Made by a program: the position numbers and the translations under genes. Positions 50,261-62,277 of a stretch of DNA of 64,000 nt are shown here, piece after piece. Under the pieces are notes generated by a model. That model was not told the origin of the DNA. It saw only the letters and a program-made list of their open reading frames with translations, and ran no database searches. Positions within the stretch are counted from its first letter, which is position 1. Every line of letters starts with the position of its first letter. The DNA lies in contig NMRA01000320.1 in NCBI GenBank assembly GCA_002633005.1, positions 358,405 to 422,404 on the forward strand, read 5' to 3'. Source of the stretch: Phoronis australis. Its lineage: Eukaryota; Animalia; Phoronida.

Positions 50261-51099
50261 AGTATGGGCGCTCGAGCTGGGCCTGTGGCTTGGCAAATGT
50301 ACCATTTATTTTTCTCTAGTACTAAAAACTAGCGTTGTTTGACAATTTGTGATGATGATTGTTCTCCGCTTTGTAGAATATTCCACCCAATTTAGAATTG
50401 ATGGCCATTTTGTCAGGTTCACTATGTCCAAATTTTAGCATTCGGTGGAATTTTTGGGGGAAAGAGGAAACTATACATTTTTGGAAACCTCATCGAATGA
50501 ATAATCAGAAAATATTTGATTCCATTTTTGGAGGCCACCTGGGCGGCCATCTTGGATTTTCAAAATTGGCGCCGGTAAAATACATTTTGCCCAATATATC
50601 CGCCCTTGCGTCACTGAGAATGTTAGTTTTTATGGCTACACCTGCAGTTCTGAGGTCAATATGAATTGGAAATTTAAATTTTATTGGCGGCCATTTTGGC
50701 GGCCATCTTGGAATTTCAAAAATGGCGCCCGTAAAATACATTTTGCTCAGTATCTCTGCTCTTGGGTCACTTAAAATGTTAGTTTTATTGGCTGCACCCA
50801 CATTTTGTGGGGTAAGGAATTGAAAAACACTATTTCTAAAATGTTATATATAATCTAAATGATTTTTAATAGCAGCTACGTACCCCCAGAATATTTAAAG
50901 GAATCACAGAAACACAGATTAACCTTTATTTACAGTGTATATCTATATCTATATCTTTTCGAAAAGACATTTGAGACATATCTTTTGAAGATTTCGATAT
51001 CATTTCCACTGTTCACTCTGGAATCCAGCTCTCCTTTTCTCAGCGGAAATGCATTTTGCCTTTTACAGTTGGATGGCAGAAAATTTTGGCAGTAACCAG

Positions 51100-52520
51100 G
51101 CTGAGGATCAATGACGAGAGCAACAGGAGTTGTGGCCTGCTGGGCAAATCGACCAGAAACATGCTACCAGCCACCGTAAATTCACCCTAACACCAAAAGC
51201 AATCTTCGCTGTCACTGGGCAATGCTGTCATGCACAGACAAGTCAAATCGAATTCACCTTCCGCAGAAACTTTCCGAAGCAGACGTCTTAGACCAGGACA
51301 GTCCTCAAGCTGCAAGAGAGGTTTTAGATCCAGAACAACATCCACTGAGCGCGTTCACCCAAGCAACAAAGCTGCACGTGTGGATAGTATGGAAGTGCAG
51401 TTCTTAACTAGAGATTATGACGATATCATTCTGGTTTTTGACACCCACAAAGACATCTCTTTGAAACAAACCACAAAAGAAAAAGGGAGGAAGAGAAAGA
51501 GTCAAGTACAGTACCAGATAAGAGATGAAACTTACATACAGAACATCCCAATGAGCAGTTTCCTCTCCCATGACCAAAAAGACTCAACTTACTGAATATC
51601 TGTCTGCAAAGACACTTGAATATAATAAAGATAGCCATTACTTTAGCTTCAGGATGCACAAAGAGCAACCGACGTGATGTACGCTTAGAAGAAAACGGTC
51701 ACGAAAAAGCAGATATATTGTTAATACACTGTACATCGTGCAGTTCTGGCATCACACCAAAAGGTCCCTGATTCTCAGCTGATGTTTTTTTTCACCTGAT
51801 ATAGATTTATTGGTACTCGCCATTGCCTATTATGACAGGCTTCTCAGAAATACTTCAGTCCCCATGGCATCTGGGATTGTGGACGTGAATCCAATATGGT
51901 CAACATTAGGTGCTGCCCGGGCAAAGGCTCCTTCTGATTCCCATGATATTACATGTACAGACAACACTGGTCCATTCTATTTGAAGGCAAACACTGATGA
52001 CATCAATGCACTGCAGACTTTTTGTACTGCTTATGAAGTAACAGGTGAACCTCTTTTCACGTTAGCCCCTTTTACATGTGCATACTCACTACAGGGTATA
52101 GATGCAAATAGCATCCCAGAGCTGAGATGCTACCTCTTCCGTAAACGTATAGCTGACAGCGACAAACATCCACCAACCATTGATGCTTTGAAAGAGCATG
52201 TGCTGAGGGTGTTTATTCAAGTCAGAGAGTGGGGCCAGACAGTCATTGCTCGACAGGAGTTCCTTGATTCATTGCAGAATGAATTTACTAGGACAAACAT
52301 GACGATGATCAGCTGAAACCCTCACAACTGAGAATCTTCCGGCGCCAGAGGCTATGATTGAGATGGTCAGATGCCAGTGCAAAAGCGATTGCTCTTCCCA
52401 AAGATGCTCTTGCCGATCAAAGGACCTAACTTACACAGATCTATGTTAGTATAGTGCAGAATGTCAGAATGGTGATGATGATGTGATTCCTGAAGACAGT
52501 GATGGCTATAGTATAATGAT
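51100..52520 (+). pseudogene. Academ transposase C-terminal pseudogene
   Basis: Frameshifted ORFs 51230-51595 and 51810-52316, plus the downstream Cys cluster at 52340-52470. Confidence 0.75.
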
Positions 52521-53089
52521 CTTTAGACTTATTTCAAAGTTTTGAGAGACTATTGACACTATAAAAACATACTTTCATGTTCTTCAAACGTAAATAAATT
52601 GTTTAGGTACTGGTTTAGTTTTAAGTATCTTGAAGGAAACAAGCTCCGAACAAAATATACAAGAAAGTAAGACAGTGATCATATGTGTTGGGTTACATGA
52701 AGAATGCAGAAAATATGGCTGCTAATAAATGGGGTTTGATTATGTTTCTCATTTGATAAGTTGCATTTTCAGATTTCTTGACCACAAAAATGTGGGTGCA
52801 GCCATTAAAACTAACATTCTAAGTGACCCAAGAGCAAAGATACTGGGGAAAATCTATTTTACGAGCGCCATTTTCAAAAGTCCAAGATGGCTGCCAACAT
52901 GGCCGCCAATAAAATTAAAATTTCCTATTCCTTGACCTGAGAAATGCTAGTGTAGCCATAAAAACCAACATTCTGTGTGACCCAAAAGCGAATATATAGG
53001 GCAAAATCCATTTTACCGGCGCCATTTTTGAAAATCCAAGATGGCCTCCAAGATGACCCAAAAATGGAATCAATTATTATCTGATTTGG

Positions 53090-53714
53090 CATGGTGGCAC
53101 TGAACAGTTAGGCTGCGGCCACGGGCAATATTAAAATTTTGGGGTAGCCCAAGTTTGGGGGCATTTTGTAGGTGGGCATTACATGTAGGCTCAGTGAATG
53201 TGGTTTGTTTGTATTTGTGAACATGCTGAGAATAAAAAGGTCACTTTCTCGGCTGTAGCTGCACTCTTCTTCAAGATAGCGGCCCCCGGTTGCAGTTGTG
53301 CATTGCTGGGTAGCGACTGAGAAATTGGATGCGATTTTAGGTAGCCCTCAAACAAGCCAGAATTGCTAAAAACACAGTTGGTTGACAGTACTTTTGGACC
53401 ACATTTTGGGAATCTGTAGGAAATTTTCTTTCAGAATCTATTGTTGGTTTTAGTCGTGCTTCGGCAGACGGAAGTGGTGTTTTTGGGGTGAACAGTGCCG
53501 ATTTTGCACTTTTTTTGCCCCTATTTTTCTTAGTCTAGCTTGGTTTTCAGTGGGATTGAAAGGGTCAAAAATATAAGATAGAATAAAGTTTCTGCGCTCA
53601 TCTGCAGGGCTGTTTATGTAAAATAACTGAAAACTTCCCTTTCTTTGCATCCTGTTTTTGACAGAGTGAAGAAAAGGTGACAAATCAAGTGAGAACTGTT
53701 CTGTGCCTCCCATT
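53090..53714. mobile_element. TIR element nested in the right Academ TIR
   Basis: atggtggcactgaacagtt / aactgttctgtgcctcccat. It interrupts a segment that is contiguous in the left TIR. No TSD seen. Confidence 0.65.
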
Positions 53715-55812
53715 CCTTGAAGTTTCCAAAAATGTATAGTTTCCACTTCCCCCCCAAAAATCTACAAAATTACACGACAAACCTGACTAATTAGTGCAAG
53801 GCGGATTTTCATGCATTACGAAGACTGGTGCCTTTATCCATCGTTAATACGGTCATCCCCATGATCCGCATCGTCAGTTTTGTTGACATTGGCTGTGTTG
53901 TTGTCGACTTTGCTTTGTGTACGACCGGAGCTCTCTGGCTTGCATCAGCACTGTGTGTTATTGTAGACTATTGATAAAAAGTATCTATGGTGTCATCGAA
54001 TTTGCCGGTTAAGGAGACATCGGCGGTGTTCTATGGGTGCACAGAACAGTTGACACTAGGTTTTACCCGACAGAGCACACATCAATTCAGTAGTCACCTT
54101 TTCTAAACTCTGTCGAAACCGCATCTACAGCCGAACGAGTGGTAGTTGGCCACCAGATGTGTAAACTACACATATGAGCAACCGCTGGGGATTAAGAAGT
54201 GTCTACAGAGAAGTTTTTAATTCAAAAATTTTTGCAAAGTACGCTTTAGGTCTCGCGACGTTCCAGGCCAGCTTGATTTGTGTAGACATCTAGTTTCAGT
54301 GTACTCCTGGTCCCTCGGCGAACTGGTCTTGTGATGTTTTTTACCAAAGTGTGCTTTGTAAAACTATTTATCTCAGCCAGTACTGTTTGGTCCCGCGACA
54401 GATCGACTATTTTTCTAGGGATAATAAGCACAGGTGTACTTTTGGTCTCGTGACGAACCAGGCCAGAGTTTTTGTGTACTCTCAGCGTACATCTGGTCCC
54501 TCTGCGAACTGGTCCTGTTATCTTTTCACCATGGTGTACAGAATGTTTTGGTTTCGTGAAACTGTTTTCAGATGATTTGCTTCCTGATACATTTGAAGTT
54601 TTTCAATTGTTGTCAACGTGATTCAGCTTAATAAAGTGATACTTAATTGTTTATTGTCGCTTTTAACAATAGACTATGAGCTGAGAGCACCATCGTTCGC
54701 CAGTTTTTCTCGTAACGAGATATAACACATGTTTATTTCCGGACTAACAGTACAGGTCTTCGTTCTTAAACAGCTTGAGGCTGTTGCGATCATCTGATAT
54801 TCAAGTTTTTACGCCCCGTTGGTGCTCCTTATGCTTTTGAATATTTGGTAGTTGTCTAAACATACACACCACACTTTTGCGTATGCTAAAAAGGTGTGTG
54901 CAAGCAAATGTTCCAACAAAAATTTTGCTGGTGGTGTGACTCATACCCAGATGTGCACAAACTTATGAGCCAAGTTCATGTGACGAAATCGAGAAGGGTT
55001 TTTAATTATCATAAGAAAAAAATCCAGGGACATGTTAACTGCCAGAAACGTACCAGGATGCATGAAAATTTCACTGTTTGGGTACAAAAACAAAAAGTTG
55101 TCTTACACGGGAGGGGGGTAAACCGACCTCCCCCCGCTCGGCGCCACGCGCCTCGGATTCGACCTTTGGGCTATTCCTAAACCCCCTCCTTACTGAAAAC
55201 GTAGATTCGCCACTGCTACCTATACAGGTAATTCCGACATTGCCAAATATTCACGAGGGAAGTTCTTTTTCATTAAAAAACACAAAACATTCGTGCACAG
55301 CACAGCTGTATCAAGACATTCGACCCAAACAAAAAATGTGAAGAAATACAACAGGATGAACCGCTATCGAAAAGGTGGAATTTTGAAGAACGTGAAGACC
55401 ACTATTTGTGAATTACACAAAAAGGACTAGTTCCTATGATTAGTTATAAAATAGCATAACTGTTTCCAATAGTATCACAAGAATAGTATCTCTTTTTAAG
55501 ATGGCTACTATGAGTTGTTTGTAAGGAACTCCCACGTGTGTTGTCTAAGCTACTATTTGTGATAACTGTGTACATGTAGAAAGGGGGTACTCAAAGAACT
55601 CTTGCTATCATAAACAAAGATTTCAGCGGTTTTTTTCAGTGGTGTTCACGTTTACCTCGTGAACCGTTATAGGTACCTCTGAAATGAGCAAAAATACTCC
55701 TTAATAGGAATGCCCCATCTCTCATGTTCCCCCGGTTACCAATCAAAAATCTGCGAGTGTGCCTGCGGAAATTGTTTATAACATTCCGTTTGATAAACAA
55801 ATTCGTTGGTTA

Positions 55813-56392
55813 CTGATTTACATGTTTTTGAATCTACAAAGATCGATAGATTTGTAGATGATTTTTAAAGATGATTTTGACAATTAGAAGCTAATCTTGT
55901 ATGAATTGATGATGTGATGTTTCAGTGAATTAAGTTGCAGTCTGAAGTTGGAAAACCTCTGTAATCCGATCCACAAATATTAAAGTACACTTACATGATT
56001 TTTTCCTATCTAAAATAACTCTCATAGACATTGTTGAAATTTGGACAGTTCCCAAAAATATACTCACAATTCAAATGGCAACAAATGCATTGCTTTTCGA
56101 GTAAGGTACAAGATTTGTCGTTTTAACTCATAAACAGGAGATCAAAAAGGAATTGAGTCATTAAATCGAGGTAAACGCATTGCTCACGGAATCGATTTTT
56201 GATTTACATGTTGATGTATCTACGAAAGTCGACTGATTGTTAGATGATTTTTTGACAATTAGAAGCGAACCCTTAAAGAAATGACGATGCTATAGTGAAC
56301 TTAGCTGCAAGCTGACTTTGGGAAAATTCGATCTATCTTCAGATCCCCAAATAGCAAAGTACACTAAACAATTTTTGTCTATGTGAAATAAC
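55813..56392. repeat. Diverged ~200-bp direct repeat pair (55813-56020 / 56200-56392)
   Basis: Shared tgatttacatgtt, agatgatttt..gacaattagaagc, aagtacact and ctat.t.aaataac. Confidence 0.7.
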
Positions 56393-56447
56393 AACTATTA
56401 TTGCAATCTATTAGTCTATTTACACCGACATCTTGTCTATTTACATT

Positions 56448-56495
56448 GTCACGACGTTTCGGTCGGTCTATTCTCCGGCCATCGCCAGGTGTTAC
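56448..56495 (-). ncRNA. Degenerate minimal type I hammerhead ribozyme (Penelope-associated)
   Basis: Minus strand reads gtaacac-CTGGCGA-tggccgg-agaataga-ccgacc-GAAAC-GTC-gtgac; the core has A>G relative to CUGANGA. Confidence 0.5.
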
Positions 56496-56639
56496 TGAGT
56501 TCTTAGAAGTACAAGCACGGATACTTGAAACACTCATCATGGTGTGATTTTTGATTTATATATTGCCCGAGGAAGGATTTGAACCCATGACTTCTGAAAT
56601 TACAGAGACCAGTACCTTAACCACCAAAAGTCAAACCAA

Positions 56640-56945
56640 GAACTGACATGGGGAAAGACAAATGATATCTATGAAATCCCATGTGAATGTTATGAATCAT
56701 ATATCGGTGAAACATTAAGACCACTGGAGATGAGAATTGCTGAACATAAGAGGTGTTGTAGAGAGGGTAAACCTCATAAGGAGTACCAGAACACATGTGG
56801 GCAAAACAACAGTGGAATAACATCCGAATACTTGACAGTGAAACAGGTTGGACCAAGAGAAAGATCAGGAAAGGCATTTACATGAAAGTACAAGGCAATG
56901 TCTTCAGTCAGCCAAGCAAACAGCCAAGTGACACCTGGCTAAGTC
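56640..56945 (+). mobile_element. Penelope-like element GIY-YIG endonuclease remnant
   Basis: NDIYEIPCECYESYIGETLRPLEMRIAEHKR, then a frameshift to GVPEHMW...W..IRILDSE....KRKI..GIYM. Confidence 0.8.
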
Positions 56946-57494
56946 ATTCAAATGAGAATAAATTGTTTATGGACTTTATTAGATTAGAGGTTTAAATTCA
57001 CAAGCCGTAAATTGAAACAGAAGTTTTAAAAGTCCTTAAATAAATAAAATTAAACTCATTGCTTGGAAAGTTTATCTTTGCATTCCTTGATGTTTTTAGT
57101 TTCCAGTAGTATTGCGCGATGAATTTTTATTCTTCAAAACTGAATAGTTTGCTTAAGCTGATTCCCGTGCCAACTACACAGATAAAGCACGTCATGACTG
57201 ACAAACCCACGTTAAAAACCATGCAGTAGGCCGCGCAGAATCTCGGTGATCCACGGGAACTGAACTCCAGGCGTTAAGTGCGTACATTGTTGGGACACAC
57301 TCTGTATCATTTTCCCCAGCCACCAGAAACTGGGCTATCGATCGTGTTTCAACGATAGATTTTGAAACAGCCCCAAAGGCACTATGCCAGGGACCCCGCT
57401 ACCTCACCTTTTCAAAGAACTCCTTCAAAGAATGACCATTTGATAATAAAATAAAGTTTTCTCGAAACTGGATCACAATAAAACTAATCTTTTT

Positions 57495-58237
57495 TTTCAT
57501 GATGAAACATTTATTAACTCAACCAACCAGTACATAGTTGTGCAGCAATATGAAATCTAGTTAAGTGTACGTCAAACAAATTACGAACATTATCGGACCC
57601 TATAAAAGCTAGTTACGCAAAAAAGAATACCACCTTGCTTGGAACCTCTCAAAATCCAATTTATCATTGTAAATAATTTTTTCAGGTGTAGTAATCACAT
57701 ACCTCACGTAAAAATGACTGAAAATTGGGCTAAACCTTTTGTAGTCTTTGTCTATATAAATGAAATTTCGCTAAGCAAAGAATTAAATTTTTCAACTTCT
57801 AATCTACAGGCTGGGTTTCCAAACAAGGCGGAAGACATATTTAAATTCAGAGGGAAATTGCACTGATTTATCATCCATGTTTTTAAACATCCCCAAAACT
57901 TCTGAACAAGTGAACATTCCCAATACAAATGTGGAATTGTTTCTTCATGTTGCTCACAGAAAGAGCATAAAGACGATTCACTAACACCTACTGTATTTTC
58001 TTTAAATAAGAGTTTGTACCAATAAGTCTGTGGTTGATACGGAATTGAAACCATCTGAGTCTGACATCGGAAGTACAATGATAAATTACAGAATGAATTT
58101 TTTTTCCAAGATTGAGTATCATCGCGTAAGTTAATTTCTCTCTCCCACTTCAATTCTGCAGCAGGTTTAACATACAATTTAGAAATGAATAATTCATAGA
58201 TTTTTCCCAATAAAACGAATCTTGACCTTAGAGCCAA
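57495..58237 (-). mobile_element. LINE (L1/Tx1-like) 3' fragment with zf-RVT; shorter copy at 43985-44170
   Basis: KW.REI....W, RWFQFRINHRL and CSFCEQHEETIPHLYWEC..V..FW. 57495-57675 is collinear with 43985-44170. Confidence 0.8.
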
Positions 58238-60173
58238 CGCTGACGGATAGGTACGAGCTATAAGATGCCTGTCTCACGTGAATCATATCTTAGCTGACCA
58301 GCACCTAAGCTTTCATATTTTCACATTGTTAGATCTCAGCTACAGTTACTTGAGGCAGCTCCTCGCTACCCGTCAGTGCAGTGGTTCTAGGCCCATTCTT
58401 ACTCTCCGTGAAACTTTGTTGGTTCAACCCTTGATGGCTGCATACCCGGGAATGCCCCTCCTAAGGCGAACGTGGGAAATTCGAATCAAATATGGCGGCA
58501 TCTGGAACACGGGGGGCGGGAGTGGGGTGGGGGGCGACGTGGTGGCTATGGGGGAGGGAGTAGTTNCCTACGGGCCTGTTATTGTTTCCATTAAGTCAAT
58601 TATTACTACGGAATAACACCAGGGTAGTATACACGAAGAGTGAGCTTATAAAAGTGTCGTCGTTACTGAGCGAACATCAACATGGAAGTAAAAGCAGAAC
58701 CGACGTAGACGACTGCGAGTGCGATGCAGGGACACATAAGTTTTGCTGTTGTCGGGAAGCCAAGTCCGCTCCGTTGATAAGTTACTCAACCTTATGACCA
58801 ATCACGAGCCAAAATCAGATCGGACCAGTCTAGTCTATACGTACCGGACTAAAGAACACGGATTGGGAGTGTTTCAGGCTCGTGCCACCGTACTCGGGAT
58901 TCTTTCATACTTATTATAGGCATAGATTAATCTTGTTTCAGTTGTTGCGTTGTGGATGGATGTTCACGAATAGAATTATGGGAAATAGTACATTTTGTGG
59001 AGGTAATGCAATTTTTAATAAAAACTTAAAAGGCTTTAAATCACTGAATAGGATTATATACCTTTTTGGTCGATCTCAATTAATCTCGCTGGCAAAGGTA
59101 TTGAATAAATTGTTGGTGCATTTCTACTTAGCAATTCAGTGTCTTGTTTCAATGTATATATTGTAGATGATCAGAATTCCGCTTTTCTCAGATTCAATTG
59201 AGAAATCGGGCTTGCGTTCCGGGACAGTGAGAGAATCTCTCAAAGGAAGCTAGTGTGAACACGTGCTTCGCTTGTAATAGATGGGGAGATCTCGCGAAGT
59301 CTTATGTGAACTTGCATTTGCGAGAGTTTCTTACACCTACAGAACGACACCAGCTATTCCCTTCCCGCGGACGCATATTCTCCCTTCCGAACCACTGTTC
59401 GTGTCTCGCGGACATAGTTCTTTCCCATCATTGTTCGACAATTCGTTTTAAACTGAATCATTCCAAAACTACTGCCTTACAAGCCACAAAACTGAGGCAT
59501 GAGCAGCATAGCAAAAGCCATAACTTCGTCTGGCTAGCGGATTTGAAACTGGTGACAACCGCAGCGTTAGGAATACACGCTGGCGCAAGTTCCAGTGGAT
59601 TTGCGGCCGGGCCAGTAAACTTTCACGTGCAGGTGGTCTCATATTCGAGTAACTAGACCGGCCGGCAGGCCAACACATTTATTTTCTGAACCTCGAACGC
59701 TGGCGGCAGCCGTACTCTCGGTCTCCGTTGAAATTTTTAAAACTACCCTGGGTCACCATACTTCCACCTTGCGTACAGTAATGAAGTCATATTACCACCC
59801 AGGAACCACGTAACCTACTGGGCCAAATCGCGGTCATCCAGGAGTAGCCGCGACTGATATCAACAATAAAAATTTCGATTTGAGAGATCGTCTGTTTTCC
59901 TGCAAAGCAATAATGATTTTGTTAGTTTCAGAGCCATGATACACGAAAAATAGAGACACGGGAATTCATCATGGGCAGTACCCTGACGGAAGTCTGAGTT
60001 ACAGACACCTGAAGAAAGTTCTAAGCATAACGTAAGCACCGCGGCCAATTTAGAGAAAGTCATTATTTCCTGTAGCTCAATGAGCGTGAATCCTCCTATG
60101 GCACGTGCACATATTTTGTTCAAATTACTACTGCAGTCCAGCGTGTGCGGCTCAACAAAGCATAGGATAAGAA

Positions 60174-60884
60174 TCATTCGTTTTTTAGTTCATCATAAAA
60201 AAATCCACCGTCTTTCTGAGATCCTTTTCCTCCCTCTGTGGAAGTGTGGGCATTTTCGGCGCCGTGGGTAGCATCCATTGTGGGCAACAAATGATTCTGG
60301 CGAACAAAATACGCCGGCTGAACAACGGGATCCTGGAAAAGGTCCCCCGGCTGACCATTGAAGCCAGAGGTGGGAATTGTCATCACTTGCTGATTTGGCT
60401 GGACGTCGGCGTACACAATGACGGGATCGGGAGGGCGCTCGCCGCAACAAACAGCCCTGCAGCAGAATGCTGAACACACGATAGAGATGACTATCTCCAC
60501 GAAGATCGCAACAGCTAGAACCAAATCCAAAAACACAGCGGCTGCTGGATTGACGATCTTAAATGTAAAACCATCCGCAATGATCACGGCGGAGGCAATT
60601 TCTGCTCCAAGCCCACCAAACTCCACCACAGTGGAGACAATACAAAAAACCATTAAGGCGATGATGTTGCACTTGTTTTTAAACCTCCCAGCGGTAAAGC
60701 CTAGGATGCTTGTCACGATGGACATCAAGCCACTCCAGATACCAGTTCCGACAAGGCCAAGAATGGGTGAAATAAATATCAAAACAATGCCAAGCACGAC
60801 GCTGCTACAACCGCACCCCAATAGAATTATGGCAAAGATGATCACAGCCTTGTGATTAAAGCGATATCTTGCGTTGCCAGCCAT
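60174..60884 (-). CDS. MS4A/CD20-like four-pass membrane protein B (236 aa, single coding exon), paralog of 41654-42265
   Basis: cttttacttttttcag-type acceptor directly abuts the ATG (MAGNARYRFNHK). Shares FNHK, GIWxG, VTSILGFT, KNxCNIIALMV and CCxAVCCG with protein A. Confidence 0.8.
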   Translation of the reverse strand: MAGNARYRFNHKAVIIFAIILLGCGCSSVVLGIVLIFISPILGLVGTGIWSGLMSIVTSILGFTAGRFKNKCNIIALMVFCIVSTVVEFGGLGAEIASAVIIADGFTFKIVNPAAAVFLDLVLAVAIFVEIVISIVCSAFCCRAVCCGERPPDPVIVYADVQPNQQVMTIPTSGFNGQPGDLFQDPVVQPAYFVRQNHLLPTMDATHGAENAHTSTEGGKGSQKDGGFFYDELKNE

Positions 60885-60921
60885 CTGAAAAAGTAAAAGG
60901 TGTGACGCTGCAGCGCTAGAA

Positions 60922-61823
60922 CAGGGTCTTCCATCGAAACAGGGAGCCTGGTGAAACCAGATTTTCCTGGAGTCAAAAACAGCCTCCCGCACCTTCAAAA
61001 CAACTAACCAGCCCGAGGAACACGAACTCCGACCTTTAAAACAGAATCCCGGGGATCGGATAGGACACCCGGGGACAGAAACACCACTTCCGCACTTTCT
61101 CTCAAGCATTGTCTGATAAAAAATAAATCTTCCTACTTCAAATAGTTGTTGTGATATGTTGTTTTACAATATGAGAATTTTAGACAACTCATGTCGGATT
61201 GGCCTACGTCATTCTGCTGCTAAAGTTGCAGTGGGACTTTTGCGTGGGCTTTCGGCGCCATGAAATATTGGGTCACCAATTGGATAGATTTTTCCCCAAT
61301 TCTTCAATGAGATATTGTTCCGCCAGGTTGCGTACATTTCAAAACAATTTAATCGACAATGGCACTCGAAAGTCGAAATAATATTTTTGTTTTTCATGTT
61401 TGAAAATATTTTTGGGTAAACTATTTCATAATCTAAAATTAACTTGATATTCACGGAGATAACAAAGTGTTGAGAGTATACATTATGTTGAAATTCGCAC
61501 ACAGACAAGTTGACGAAGTTTTACCGATAAAAATCAAATAACAAAGTCATCTAATATAAATTACGTTTTAACATTGCCAATTTAACTAAAATACAGAAAA
61601 TAACTGGAAAGTACCTGAAGATGCTTTAACACAATGTTTGAGACTACTGCCAACGGTCTAGGAAAAATTGCCCGGGTTTCCTGTCCGATCCCCGAGATTC
61701 TCGTTTTAAAGGCCAGGGTTTGTCTTTTTAGGGCTGGTTAGCTGTTTTGAAGGAGGGAGAGTTTGTTTTCGACTCCGGGATATCCGTTTTACACCGGGAT
61801 TGCTGCTTCAGTGGAACACCCTG
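60922..61823. mobile_element. Non-autonomous CAGGG-ended DNA transposon with ~150-bp imperfect TIRs and a 5-bp TSD
   Basis: cagggtcttcca...ggggatcgga.agga..cccggg / cccggg...tccgatcccc...tggaacaccctg; TSD tagaa/tagaa. Confidence 0.85.
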
Positions 61824-62105
61824 TAGAATACACGCGCGAGAATAGTAACATTTTTACTCAGCCTCGTCCTCAAGCCTCAAGACTCGTGGAACAAGTACTT
61901 GCCTAAAACGTGTCCAAGAAAAACCTCGCCATGAACAACTTTACGAGATTAACACATGACGTTGAAATGCGCGCACGACTGCATCGCAAACCGTACGCTT
62001 CTAGACAACGGGTGAAAAACAACATGACCGCCGGTCCTCTAAATCGGACTGACTCACCCAAAACTTCAGGACCTCCGGGGATCAAATGGGACCGTCGCAC
62101 CAGAA

Positions 62106-62277
62106 AATGGGACTGACGCACCTAAAAACATGACCGCCCCACCACAAAACAGGACCGCCGGGGACTGAACATGACCGCCGGGGAATGAAACAGCATATTC
62201 TCCGGCGGTCATGTTCAGTCCCCGGCGGTCCTGTTTTGTGGTGGGGTGTTCATGTTTTTAGGTGCATCAGTCCCATT
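62106..62277. repeat. Near-perfect palindrome with ~80-bp arms ending at an N
   Basis: aatgggactga.gcacctaaaaacatga...catgaccgccgg.gaat / att.tccggcggtcatg...tcagtcccatt; N at 62278. Confidence 0.8.

Larger units (their letters stand above)
50410..53789 (+). mobile_element. Decayed Academ-type DNA transposon (long TIRs, XPG-like + Cys-rich transposase remnant)
   Basis: Ends t(t)gtcaggtt / aacctgacta with 3-bp TSD att/att. Long inverted blocks: 50445-50840 versus 52750-53085 plus 53716-53765. Internal peptides GHEKAD, SPDIDLLVLA, H..TCTDNTG, PPTIDALKEH.LRV.IQ...W and RCQCKSDC..QRCSC..TDLC...CQN, with stops. Confidence 0.8.

Noticed and set aside
60885-61109. 75-aa N-terminal extension of the 311-aa ORF (and the 42-aa extension of the 245-aa ORF at 42266-42391)
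   Set aside because: Both lie upstream of splice acceptors, the first within a transposon TIR; paralog similarity begins at the downstream ATG.
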